Virus record (IMG/VR): IMGVR_UViG_3300037311_000511
Coordinates: 1 to 26,741 of that record
Length of the DNA stretch: 26,741 bases
Source: a virus
Taxonomy: Duplodnaviria > Caudoviricetes
Direction: 5' to 3' (one strand)
Below are positions 9,336 through 16,597 of the stretch, piece by piece; position 1 is the stretch's first letter, and the number at the start of each line of letters is the position of its first letter. A program made the position numbers and the translations under genes. The notes under the pieces are model-generated. The model was not told the origin of the DNA, searched no databases, and was given only the letters and a program-made list of their open reading frames with translations.

Positions 9336-9686
9336 ATGCCCACAAAAACCAAAGCCAAAAAACCCGCCAAATCGGCGAAACCCAAGACGGCCAAGAAAGC
9401 CAAACCCAAGAAACTATCCGCTCCCATGAAGGCGGCTCTCGATGCCATTGCTGCCATGCCCGTCCGCAAGGAAAGTAAACTGGAGGCAATCATCCAGCTG
9501 CTCTCGCGTGCGGAAGGGGCGACAATCGACGACATGGTTGCCGCCACCGGATGGCAAAAACATACGATCCGCAGTGCATTGTCCCACGCGCTGGCAAAAA
9601 AACGTGGCTACGAGATTGTTTCCGACAAACCAAAGGGCGGTTTGCGGATTTACAAGATCGCCGCGAAGCCGAATGCAAAGGAGTAA
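9336..9686 (+). CDS. DUF3489 family protein (winged-helix-like) with a Lys/Ala/Pro-rich N-terminal tail
   Basis: SKLEAIIQLLSRAEGATIDDMVAATGWQKHTIRSALS signature; RBS AAGGAG. Confidence 0.85.
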   Translation: MPTKTKAKKPAKSAKPKTAKKAKPKKLSAPMKAALDAIAAMPVRKESKLEAIIQLLSRAEGATIDDMVAATGWQKHTIRSALSHALAKKRGYEIVSDKPKGGLRIYKIAAKPNAKE

Positions 9687-9690
9687 ACCC

Positions 9691-10026
9691 ATGCAAAAGA
9701 GCAGCAACGTCGGATACGCCGTTCACCATTTGGAAAGTCTGGACGGTAAACGGCTTATGCAACGTCATGAACTCACGCGCGACGACATTAAAAAAGCCGT
9801 TGAGATGTGGCATCACGATTCCAGGTCGTCCATCCGAACCGTCATCGGCGTCGGCAATGACGGCCTGATCGGTTCAGAGCGGAATGGCTGGCATCCAGGC
9901 TTGTCGGACGCTTTTTCCAATGGCCTCGTCATGATCCCGTGGATCCAGATATTAGAGATCCTGAAACGGGTTCCGGACGGCGCGACGGGGAAGTTTCTCA
10001 GCACTGAGCCTCTCACAAAGCAATAA
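9691..10026 (+). CDS. Hypothetical protein, 111 aa
   Basis: Start revised to ATG 9691 (MQKSSNVGYAVHH) with AAGGAG at 9678-9683; follows the DUF3489 stop by 4 nt. Confidence 0.7.
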   Translation: MQKSSNVGYAVHHLESLDGKRLMQRHELTRDDIKKAVEMWHHDSRSSIRTVIGVGNDGLIGSERNGWHPGLSDAFSNGLVMIPWIQILEILKRVPDGATGKFLSTEPLTKQ

Positions 10027-10039
10027 AACAACAAGTATG

Positions 10040-10079
10040 CGCCGGTTGATTATCAAACAATCAATCGGCGTCATTCTTC
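10040..10079 (+). terminator. Possible intrinsic terminator
   Basis: Stem CGCCGGTTGATT (10040-10051) / AATCAATCGGCG (10059-10070) with one G-U pair, followed by a weak T-rich tail, just after the 10026 stop. Confidence 0.4.
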
Positions 10080-10105
10080 GCAATCATATGGGGTCGATTA
10101 GAGTT

Positions 10106-10134
10106 GATAACCCCGACGAATGAAGCGTTCATGG
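10106..10134 (+). promoter_or_regulatory. Repeated promoter/operator motif GATAA-N6-CGAATGAAGCGTTCATGG, copy 2
   Basis: Same core and spacing as 9288-9316; 25 nt before the ATG at 10160. Confidence 0.65.
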
Positions 10135-10159
10135 ACATGTAAGCATCAAGGAGGCTGAC

Positions 10160-10387
10160 ATGTCCAACGAACCGAAAACCATTATCCAAAACGCCATCAC
10201 CGCCAACTTAGCCGCGCTCTCGCAACGCCTGACAGAGGCAGCGGAGCTTGCTAAGCAAGCCCACGAAGCCATGGCACAGGGCGAACAAAACCAGGCGATC
10301 GGCACAATCATCGACTTTGACCGACTGCTGCCGGAAGCACAGGCGCTTTACAACGCGGCGATCGCCTTGCATCGCAACCGCATTTAA
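10160..10387 (+). CDS. Hypothetical all-helical protein, 75 aa
   Basis: Strong RBS AAGGAGG; amphipathic helical sequence. Confidence 0.75.
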   Translation: MSNEPKTIIQNAITANLAALSQRLTEAAELAKQAHEAMAQGEQNQAIGTIIDFDRLLPEAQALYNAAIALHRNRI

Positions 10388-10398
10388 CGGAGGGAAAC

Positions 10399-10608
10399 AT
10401 GACGAGCGACGACCTTTTTTTAACCATCGCCAAAAAGCATCTCAAAATCGAAACGCTTGAAACGCGAAAGTCAGACAGTCTTGATTTCCACGACGTTGCG
10501 GTCTGGAGCATCAAGGCCGCGCTTGAAGCAGCGTATCAAGCGGGGCGTAAGTCCGCCCAAGGAAAACCGAAGGTCATTGAGACCGGAAAAGTCGGAAGCA
10601 GCTACTAA
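10399..10608 (+). CDS. DUF6900-like protein (possibly the truncated N-terminal part of a longer gene)
   Basis: IAKKHLKIETLETRKSDSLDFHDVAVWSIKAALEAAYQAG signature; RBS GGAGG. Confidence 0.8.
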   Translation: MTSDDLFLTIAKKHLKIETLETRKSDSLDFHDVAVWSIKAALEAAYQAGRKSAQGKPKVIETGKVGSSY

Positions 10609-10884
10609 GGCACAATCGAAATCAGCTACTAAGATCTGGTTGATATATGGGGCGAACCAGAAAAAGGCGACGGATATAAAACTGAAGCCGAGTGGGTCAT
10701 CCGTTTACCAAAAAACAAAGTCATCATGATCTATAATTATAAAAGCAGCCGTTCATATAGCGATAGCAATCCTCCAGTGATAGAGCTGCGCGAATGGCAT
10801 GTCGGCGGTCGCGGGTCTGATGTTATCGATATTCTTCTCCGCATGATGGTCGGGCGGGTCAAGCTGCTACATCGGGCTGCATAA
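10609..10884 (+). pseudogene. In-frame continuation of the DUF6900 ORF past two TAA codons, encoding a phage-type domain
   Basis: GSSY*GTIEISY*DLVDIWGEPEKGDGYKTEAEWVIRLPKNKVIMIYNYK...REWHVGG...LHRAA*; stops at 10606 and 10630, terminal TAA at 10882-10884. Confidence 0.65.
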
Positions 10885-12097
10885 GCTCGGCTTTCTTGCC
10901 CGTAAATTCCTCCCAGCGTTTGACGATCACGTCAGCATATTTGGGATCGAGTTCGATCATCCGGCATTGACGGTTCAATTTTTCACACGCGATCAACGTG
11001 GTACCGGAGCCACCAAAGCAATCCAAAACGATGTCGCGGTTTTTGCTGCTGTTGTTGATGGCACGTTCAACCAGTTCGACGGGTTTCATGGTCGGATGCA
11101 ATTCGTTGCGGACAGGCTTGTTCACGAACCAGACATCGCCTTGATTGCGCGCACCACACCAGAAGTGATCGATGCCCTGTTTCCATCCATAAAGGATCGG
11201 CTCGTATTGCCGTTGATAATCAGCTCGTCCCAGCGTGAAGGTGTTCTTTGCCCAGATGACGAAGGTCGACCATTTGCCGCCAGCTTCGATAAAAGCCTTT
11301 TGCAGCGTGTGCAATTCGCTGGACGACATGCAGATATATAAAGCGCCTTTGCAGACCGTCAGCATATTCACGCTGGCGTCATAAAGGAATTTTTCAAAGC
11401 TGTCGCCGAGATTGTCGTTCATGATGGTGCGGTTGGTGCCGCGCTGTTTATCCTTGGCGCTGTTACCGTAATCCACGTTATAAGGCGGATCCGTGAAAAC
11501 CATATCAGCCAGCGCGCCGTCTAGCACGCGCTCGACGTTCGCCAGCACGGTGCTATCGCCGCACAACAGAAGGTGATTGCCGAGCCGCCATAGATCGCCT
11601 GGCTTACTGACGGGCGTTTCCGGCGCTTCGGGAACGGCATCCTCGTCGGTGTTTCCTTCGGCCACGTTCGGGTCGGCCAGCAACGCGGCAAGTTCGTCGT
11701 CGGAAAAACCGATAACAGGCAGATCAAAATTCTCCGCCGCCAGCGTGGCCATTTCCGACCGTAATAGATCATCATCCCATCCGGCGTTCAAAGCCAATTT
11801 GTTGTCGGCGATGACGTAGGCGCGTTTTTGCGCTTCCATCAAATGGTCAAGCACGACCACGGGGACTTGCGTGAGGCCAAGTTGCTTTGCCGCCTGGAGG
11901 CGACCATGGCCCGCGATGATGCCTGCCGTCGTATCGACCAGGATAGGATTGAGAAAACCAAACTCTGCGATGCTGGCCGCGATCTGGCTGACTTGTTCCG
12001 GCGAATGCGTGCGCGGGTTTTTATCGTATGGGACGAGTTTGTCCGCTGGCCAGATCTCGATGCGATCCGCCATGCGCTTTGAATGTTCAATTGTCAT
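10859..12097 (-). CDS. ParB/Srx-N domain fused to a beta-class amino (N6-A/N4-C) DNA methyltransferase
   Basis: ParB-like NPRTHS...IIAGHGRL...ADNKLA; catalytic DPPY precedes HPTMKP and the SAM-binding DCFGGSGTT. Confidence 0.93.
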   Translation of the reverse strand: MTIEHSKRMADRIEIWPADKLVPYDKNPRTHSPEQVSQIAASIAEFGFLNPILVDTTAGIIAGHGRLQAAKQLGLTQVPVVVLDHLMEAQKRAYVIADNKLALNAGWDDDLLRSEMATLAAENFDLPVIGFSDDELAALLADPNVAEGNTDEDAVPEAPETPVSKPGDLWRLGNHLLLCGDSTVLANVERVLDGALADMVFTDPPYNVDYGNSAKDKQRGTNRTIMNDNLGDSFEKFLYDASVNMLTVCKGALYICMSSSELHTLQKAFIEAGGKWSTFVIWAKNTFTLGRADYQRQYEPILYGWKQGIDHFWCGARNQGDVWFVNKPVRNELHPTMKPVELVERAINNSSKNRDIVLDCFGGSGTTLIACEKLNRQCRMIELDPKYADVIVKRWEEFTGKKAELMQPDVAA

Positions 12098-12205
12098 GTA
12101 ACCTGTCTGTAACTTGTAACTCGGCTGTAACCCGTTTTGCAGGGGTGACGCTAGGAAACCATCGAGCCTCGCCCGCCCGCATTGGATTTGATGCAGGAAG
12201 GACCC
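12097..12205 (-). other. Putative lambda-like cos packaging site (cosQ, cosN-like sequence, downstream hexamer repeats)
   Basis: On the - strand, GGGTCCT (12205-12199) is identical to lambda cosQ. About 20 nt later comes GGGCGGGCGAGGCTCG (cf. lambda GGGCGGCGACCTCG), then four GTTACA repeats at 12097-12131. Confidence 0.6.
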
Positions 12206-12336
12206 AAGATTTCAAATGGTTAGGGAGAGCGATCGCTTGAGGGTGCTGCTGCACCCGCACGTCCCGCGATCATGGGTTACATCCTGCCAGAAAATGTTGC
12301 GTCTGTCTCATGCAGAAGTGTTGCAACATCTTTCCG

Positions 12337-12717
12337 TCAATTCTTTCGGCTGTTGAGACGCGTGCTGATCTTGGTAAGCGCGATCACCCACTTGCGCCAT
12401 GCAGTGCTGCGGTCGCAACCCAACTCCCAGCACAAAGTTTTCCAGCGAACGCGGGCCGCACGCTTCCACACCAGCTTGCGTTCCTCAACGTCCAGCCATG
12501 GCATCCACTCGAATGTTTCTTCCAAGCGGTCAATCGCAGGAGGCAATGCACGCAGACGCATCGGCTGCTTTTCCATCTGCAGGATTTCCATCTCGGTGTA
12601 TTTCATCATCGGCCAAAGATTAAAATAACCCTGCACCTTGACGGGCGGAAGGCGACGCAGCGTTGAAACAGCTTCCTCCAAACGATCCGCGACTATTTTT
12701 GCTGTCCATTTTTCCAT
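12337..12717 (-). CDS. DUF6362 family protein, putative late-gene transcription regulator (C-terminal HTH)
   Basis: WTAKIVADRLEEAVSTLRRLP...WKTLCWELGCDRSTAWRKW; last gene of the replication operon, at the Q/late-activator position. Confidence 0.8.
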   Translation of the reverse strand: MEKWTAKIVADRLEEAVSTLRRLPPVKVQGYFNLWPMMKYTEMEILQMEKQPMRLRALPPAIDRLEETFEWMPWLDVEERKLVWKRAARVRWKTLCWELGCDRSTAWRKWVIALTKISTRLNSRKN

Positions 12718-13196
12718 TACGCACCTCGCTCTTCCGTGTGTTGTTGTTTTGCCCAGTACAGGATTGCGAGGGCATCGGCCTCGTTGTCATCCTCTGGCGT
12801 ATGGCCGCGCTGTTTGATCGCGGCAATGACAGCGTCTTTGTCGGCATTGCCTTTGCCTGTGATAAAACGCTTGATGGTGCCGACCGGAACGCCTTCGTAG
12901 GGAATGACGTGGTGTTCGCACCAGGCCGTGAGGTGGGCGAGAAAGCCACCGTAAGCGTGCGCTGCATCGACACCGACATGACGGCGGACTTCCTCGAAAT
13001 ACACCGCGTCGATCTGGCCGGAGACGTTCTTCGTTTCCGTAAGCCAGCGTTTGAAACGTAGGTAACGCATACCGCCGCCTTCGAAGCGGCGGGGTTTGAA
13101 ATGCGCCGTTCCGCTGGCGATCGATCCGTATTCGTTGAGCAATGCCCATCCGGTCGATGTTCCGAGGTCAAGGCAAAGCAAGGTTGGGTTGGTCAT
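12717..13196 (-). CDS. RuvC-like Holliday junction resolvase
   Basis: LCLDLGTSTGWA, VYFEEV, DDNEADALAIL catalytic acidic residues; start revised to ATG 13196 with GGAGG RBS. Confidence 0.85.
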   Translation of the reverse strand: MTNPTLLCLDLGTSTGWALLNEYGSIASGTAHFKPRRFEGGGMRYLRFKRWLTETKNVSGQIDAVYFEEVRRHVGVDAAHAYGGFLAHLTAWCEHHVIPYEGVPVGTIKRFITGKGNADKDAVIAAIKQRGHTPEDDNEADALAILYWAKQQHTEERGA

Positions 13197-13219
13197 GGGT
13201 GTCCTCCGGTTTGGGGTGA

Positions 13220-13485
13220 AAAAATCTGTGCCGGAGAACACGCATCCACATGCGGGGCAAAAAACCCTTGGGGTTTTGCCCACATGTAATGTGGGGAGTT
13301 TCTCCAGAATCTGGGGCGGAGCGAAAAGCGTTGAAACACAAAGGTTTTCGCCAGATTTCTAGATTGACGGCCAGATTGCGCGGAAATCTGGGTTTGCATC
13401 TGAAACCCTTGTGCGACAAGGACTTCAGGGCGATTGCAGATTGCGGCAGATTTCAGATTTCTGTGAATCTGGGTCAGATTGACGA
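13220..13485. repeat. Iteron-like CAGATT/AATCTG cluster with hairpins; putative replication origin
   Basis: CAGATT at 13352, 13372, 13437, 13447, 13454, 13475; AATCTG at 13223, 13308, 13385, 13466; inverted repeats at 13248-13287, 13279-13295 and 13407-13421; immediately downstream of the primase-helicase gene. Confidence 0.65.
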
Positions 13486-13491
13486 GCGTGA

Positions 13492-15639
13492 TCATGGCGC
13501 ATCCTCCTCTGGGTAGACCCAAACGGAGGGGTTTTCGACGGGCAGGATCGCACCGTTTCCAGGCTGCTTGAAATGCGTCGGCAAGAACGATTTCATGCCT
13601 GCGACGATCTCGCCAGTCTCCGTGTCTACGGTTTCTTCGCCCGTCGGCACTTCCATGTCTTCGACACACATCACGCCGTATTTGCTTTTAGCGGCGTTGT
13701 CCTTATTGAATTTGACGTAGCCCTTGGTCGAGAGAACATCGATGCGGTCGCGTATGGAATGGTTACCGCCGAGGCCAGCTTTATTCTCAAACGCCTGGCA
13801 GAACTGGCTTGGGGTATAAAGCGTACCTTTGCGGCCTTCGTCGAACAGCAATTGCAAGATGACGTCATGACGGCGGCGACGCTCGTTGTCAAGCCGTTCG
13901 CCGTAATCTTTATTCACTAATCTTGAGGAGTGATTTTCAAGTTCACGCCACCGTCCGTCGATTTTGTCGACCCATTTTGACGGTATGCCTTCGCCGTTGC
14001 GCAGTTCGAACATGAGCTGGCGAACGCTTTGTTGTTCGTCCGGCCTGAATAGGATCATACCTGTTGAATAAAAGCTGCGCAGACTTCCGGCACCGCTCAA
14101 TCCCTGGAATGGATCATCTTCCAGCATCTTTTTGCTGATCTTCTTAGTGTGGTGGGCAAGAATGACACCCACATCCGAGTTGACAAGAAAACGCAGCTTC
14201 TCGACGCGATCCTGCAAAAAAGACAGCATGGCAGTGTTGTCGTTTTCGCCGCCGCTTTGCCCGCCGTCATAGACGTTGCGGAGTGGGTCGATGGCGATGA
14301 TGTCGAGCAGCCTCGGATCGCAATGGCGCAGGATGGCATCCCGCACCATCTCGACACCTTTTTCGTCGAGCAGCATCCGAACTTGCGGCGTGATGATAAG
14401 ATTTTGACGCACGAGAGGCATGAAATTTTGATCAAATTTCATTTGCCGCAGGCGTTCACGCAGATAGTGATAACCAATCTCCGCTTGCAGAAAGAAAACT
14501 TTGAGCGGCTTTGCGGGTTTCATGCCGAGGAACGGCAATCCCGCCGCCATGTGCGCCAGCAGCACCAACAAGAAATCCGTTTTGCCTACCTTCGGCGCGC
14601 CGCCCAGCACAAGAAGACCGCCAGGTGTCAGCACACGCGGGGCGATGATGTCGTCCGGCATGGGACTGTCATCGTCAAGCAAATGCCCGACGCTGAAGGC
14701 TGGAAGCGCAGATGCAGGCGGGATCGTCATGCGTGGTGCGGAGGCCAGAAACACCGGAACATCCATGCCTTCGGTCACCGCATCAGCCACGTCCCAGCTT
14801 GAAGGCTTGTCTTTGGGAGGGATGAGAATGGTCAGCGAAGCGATGCCCAGTACACGCAGTTTTCCCGCGACAGCATCGGCATAATGTTTCCCGGCTTCGT
14901 CATTATCCGGCCAGATCAACACATGCTTGCCGTAAAGAGGTGACCAGTCCGTCTTATCCACGGGCGCGTTGGCTCCGTTCATGGCGGTGGTGGCGCAAAT
15001 GCCGATGCCGATAAGAGCGTCCGCGCACTTTTCGCCTTCGACCAGAACAACGCTGTTCGATCGGGAAATACCTTGTTGGTTATAAAGCGGCCTTGGATCG
15101 GGCGCGCGGCGTTTGCGTGCCTTTACATCCCAGGGGCGGAACTCCTTGCCAGACGGCGTGTCGTAGCGATAGACGCAGGCGATAAGGTCGCCCTGCGCGT
15201 CGAGATAGTCCCATTTGGCGGTATGCGGCCCCAGATCCTCGTTTTCATTTTCCGTTTTGCCCTTTGGTACGGGACGAATATCGGTACCGAGCCATGCATG
15301 AACAGCGCTGATAATATCAGGAAAGCGGCTGCGATGATCTATGCCATGAACCGCGCCCCAAAGAGAAAGTATGTCGCCGCCGTCGCCTGTGGCGAAGTCG
15401 TGCCACATGCCGATTTTTGCGCCGGACAACTCGACGCTTAAGGAGTCGCCCTTGCTGCCGTTGATGTCGCCAACCACGAACCGCCCGTTGCGGATCTTGC
15501 CGTTGGGCAGAAGATGGAAAAGCGTTTCCCGCAAACGTCCGTGCAGGCGTTCCTTCAGATCCTCCGATGTCAGTCTTTCTTCTGCTTTCGGGCGGGTCTG
15601 GTCGGGTGCATCGTTGAAATCGATCCATGCACCCGTCAT
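13492..15639 (-). CDS. Primase-helicase fusion (TOPRIM + RepA/AAA_25 helicase)
   Basis: TOPRIM VLVEGEKCADAL and WPDNDEAG; Walker A GAPKVGKT; Walker B IIAIDP; AHHTKK; start revised to ATG 15639 (ATGA overlap). Confidence 0.9.
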   Translation of the reverse strand: MTGAWIDFNDAPDQTRPKAEERLTSEDLKERLHGRLRETLFHLLPNGKIRNGRFVVGDINGSKGDSLSVELSGAKIGMWHDFATGDGGDILSLWGAVHGIDHRSRFPDIISAVHAWLGTDIRPVPKGKTENENEDLGPHTAKWDYLDAQGDLIACVYRYDTPSGKEFRPWDVKARKRRAPDPRPLYNQQGISRSNSVVLVEGEKCADALIGIGICATTAMNGANAPVDKTDWSPLYGKHVLIWPDNDEAGKHYADAVAGKLRVLGIASLTILIPPKDKPSSWDVADAVTEGMDVPVFLASAPRMTIPPASALPAFSVGHLLDDDSPMPDDIIAPRVLTPGGLLVLGGAPKVGKTDFLLVLLAHMAAGLPFLGMKPAKPLKVFFLQAEIGYHYLRERLRQMKFDQNFMPLVRQNLIITPQVRMLLDEKGVEMVRDAILRHCDPRLLDIIAIDPLRNVYDGGQSGGENDNTAMLSFLQDRVEKLRFLVNSDVGVILAHHTKKISKKMLEDDPFQGLSGAGSLRSFYSTGMILFRPDEQQSVRQLMFELRNGEGIPSKWVDKIDGRWRELENHSSRLVNKDYGERLDNERRRRHDVILQLLFDEGRKGTLYTPSQFCQAFENKAGLGGNHSIRDRIDVLSTKGYVKFNKDNAAKSKYGVMCVEDMEVPTGEETVDTETGEIVAGMKSFLPTHFKQPGNGAILPVENPSVWVYPEEDAP

Positions 15640-16391
15640 GCCGCCACCTTCCAGCATCGCTGGCGGTAAGGACAGAACACGCACTCAAAGTGATCATCGC
15701 TCATGGCAATGCGCGGCAACAATTCGCCTGCATCAGTCGCATGGATCAGATTGACGGCACGGTCGCTGGCTTCTTGCGCCAATGCTGCATCAAACGGCAC
15801 CAGTTCATGATAGATTTCTGCTGTGTCTTTATTGACAGCGGTGAACAGCGCGGGATTGACGGAAATCCCAGGCACGCTGCCTTCCATATAAGCCTGATAA
15901 GTGGCGACCTGCACCGCGTAGATCAGCTTTGACTTCTTCAATCCATGTTTAACGGTATCGCGCCATGACTTCGCGTTAAGCGATTTGCATTCCCAGATGG
16001 CTGGGAAGCTCATGCCGAGATCGGTGGGAGCATCGTTGATAATGCCATCGACATGTCCACGAATCCTGCCGCCCGCCACTGAAAAACCGAAAGCGTCGCC
16101 GTTGGGTTTTTTTGTGAACACACTGAATCCGGCCTGACGCAGCCACGACAGCGCGAGGGTTTCAAACGCATGGCCGATCTCGAAAATGCGTAGGATCCGG
16201 CCTTTAAATTCCTCGTCCTTGGGCATTTTCGTATATTCGTATTGCAGAGCGCGGGCGCAGGACACGCCGAGACGGGACGCGCCAAGATAATCGCGCTCTG
16301 GCTGTGTGGCGCGTTCCTGTTGGACAGCCGTGTCGATCAGCGCATTGATCGTGTCGGCGATGCTGGGGCGATGATTGAAATCGAGCGTCAA
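15636..16391 (-). CDS. Cas4-like PD-(D/E)XK exonuclease with a predicted Fe-S cluster
   Basis: GASRLGVSCAR, GHVDG, WECKS, QVATY and C-terminal CVFCPYRQRC (four Cys in total). Confidence 0.85.
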   Translation of the reverse strand: MTLDFNHRPSIADTINALIDTAVQQERATQPERDYLGASRLGVSCARALQYEYTKMPKDEEFKGRILRIFEIGHAFETLALSWLRQAGFSVFTKKPNGDAFGFSVAGGRIRGHVDGIINDAPTDLGMSFPAIWECKSLNAKSWRDTVKHGLKKSKLIYAVQVATYQAYMEGSVPGISVNPALFTAVNKDTAEIYHELVPFDAALAQEASDRAVNLIHATDAGELLPRIAMSDDHFECVFCPYRQRCWKVAA

Positions 16392-16597
16392 AATGGAATC
16401 TCCGTGTCATCGGTGCGGGGCTGGCTGGCTGCGAGGAAGGTCTGGTAATTGCCGACAACGACCTCGATCAGCGTCAGGATTTCGGCGCGGGTGTAGGCGG
16501 AAAGCGGCTTGTGCATGCCGATCTCCGCCACGACCTCGCCGAGCGGCTGGAGCGTGCGTTCCATGCATTGCTTTTCAATGTCGGTCAGATCGATCAT
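16388..16597 (-). CDS. DUF6511-like small protein
   Basis: MIDLTDIEKQCM...LGEVVAEIGMHKPLSAYTRAEILTLIEVVV; overlaps both neighbours by 4 nt. Confidence 0.75.
   Translation of the reverse strand: MIDLTDIEKQCMERTLQPLGEVVAEIGMHKPLSAYTRAEILTLIEVVVGNYQTFLAASQPRTDDTEIPF

Noticed and set aside
10606-10632. Element-wide TAA reassignment (alternative genetic code)
   Set aside because: TAA is the normal terminator of well-defined genes here (capsid at 2191, gpW-like at 6588, lexA-like at 24516), and no other gene is interrupted.
13096-13669. ORFs called across the CAGATT-rich region (13168-13419, 13193-13669, 13250-13516)
   Set aside because: No recognisable motifs, and repeats in both orientations plus hairpins are better explained as a cis-acting site. 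A short ORF from ATG 13495 cannot be fully excluded.
15636-16391. Cas4-like gene as evidence of a CRISPR-Cas system
   Set aside because: No cas1/cas2 and no repeat-spacer array anywhere in the window; the context is a phage recombination operon.
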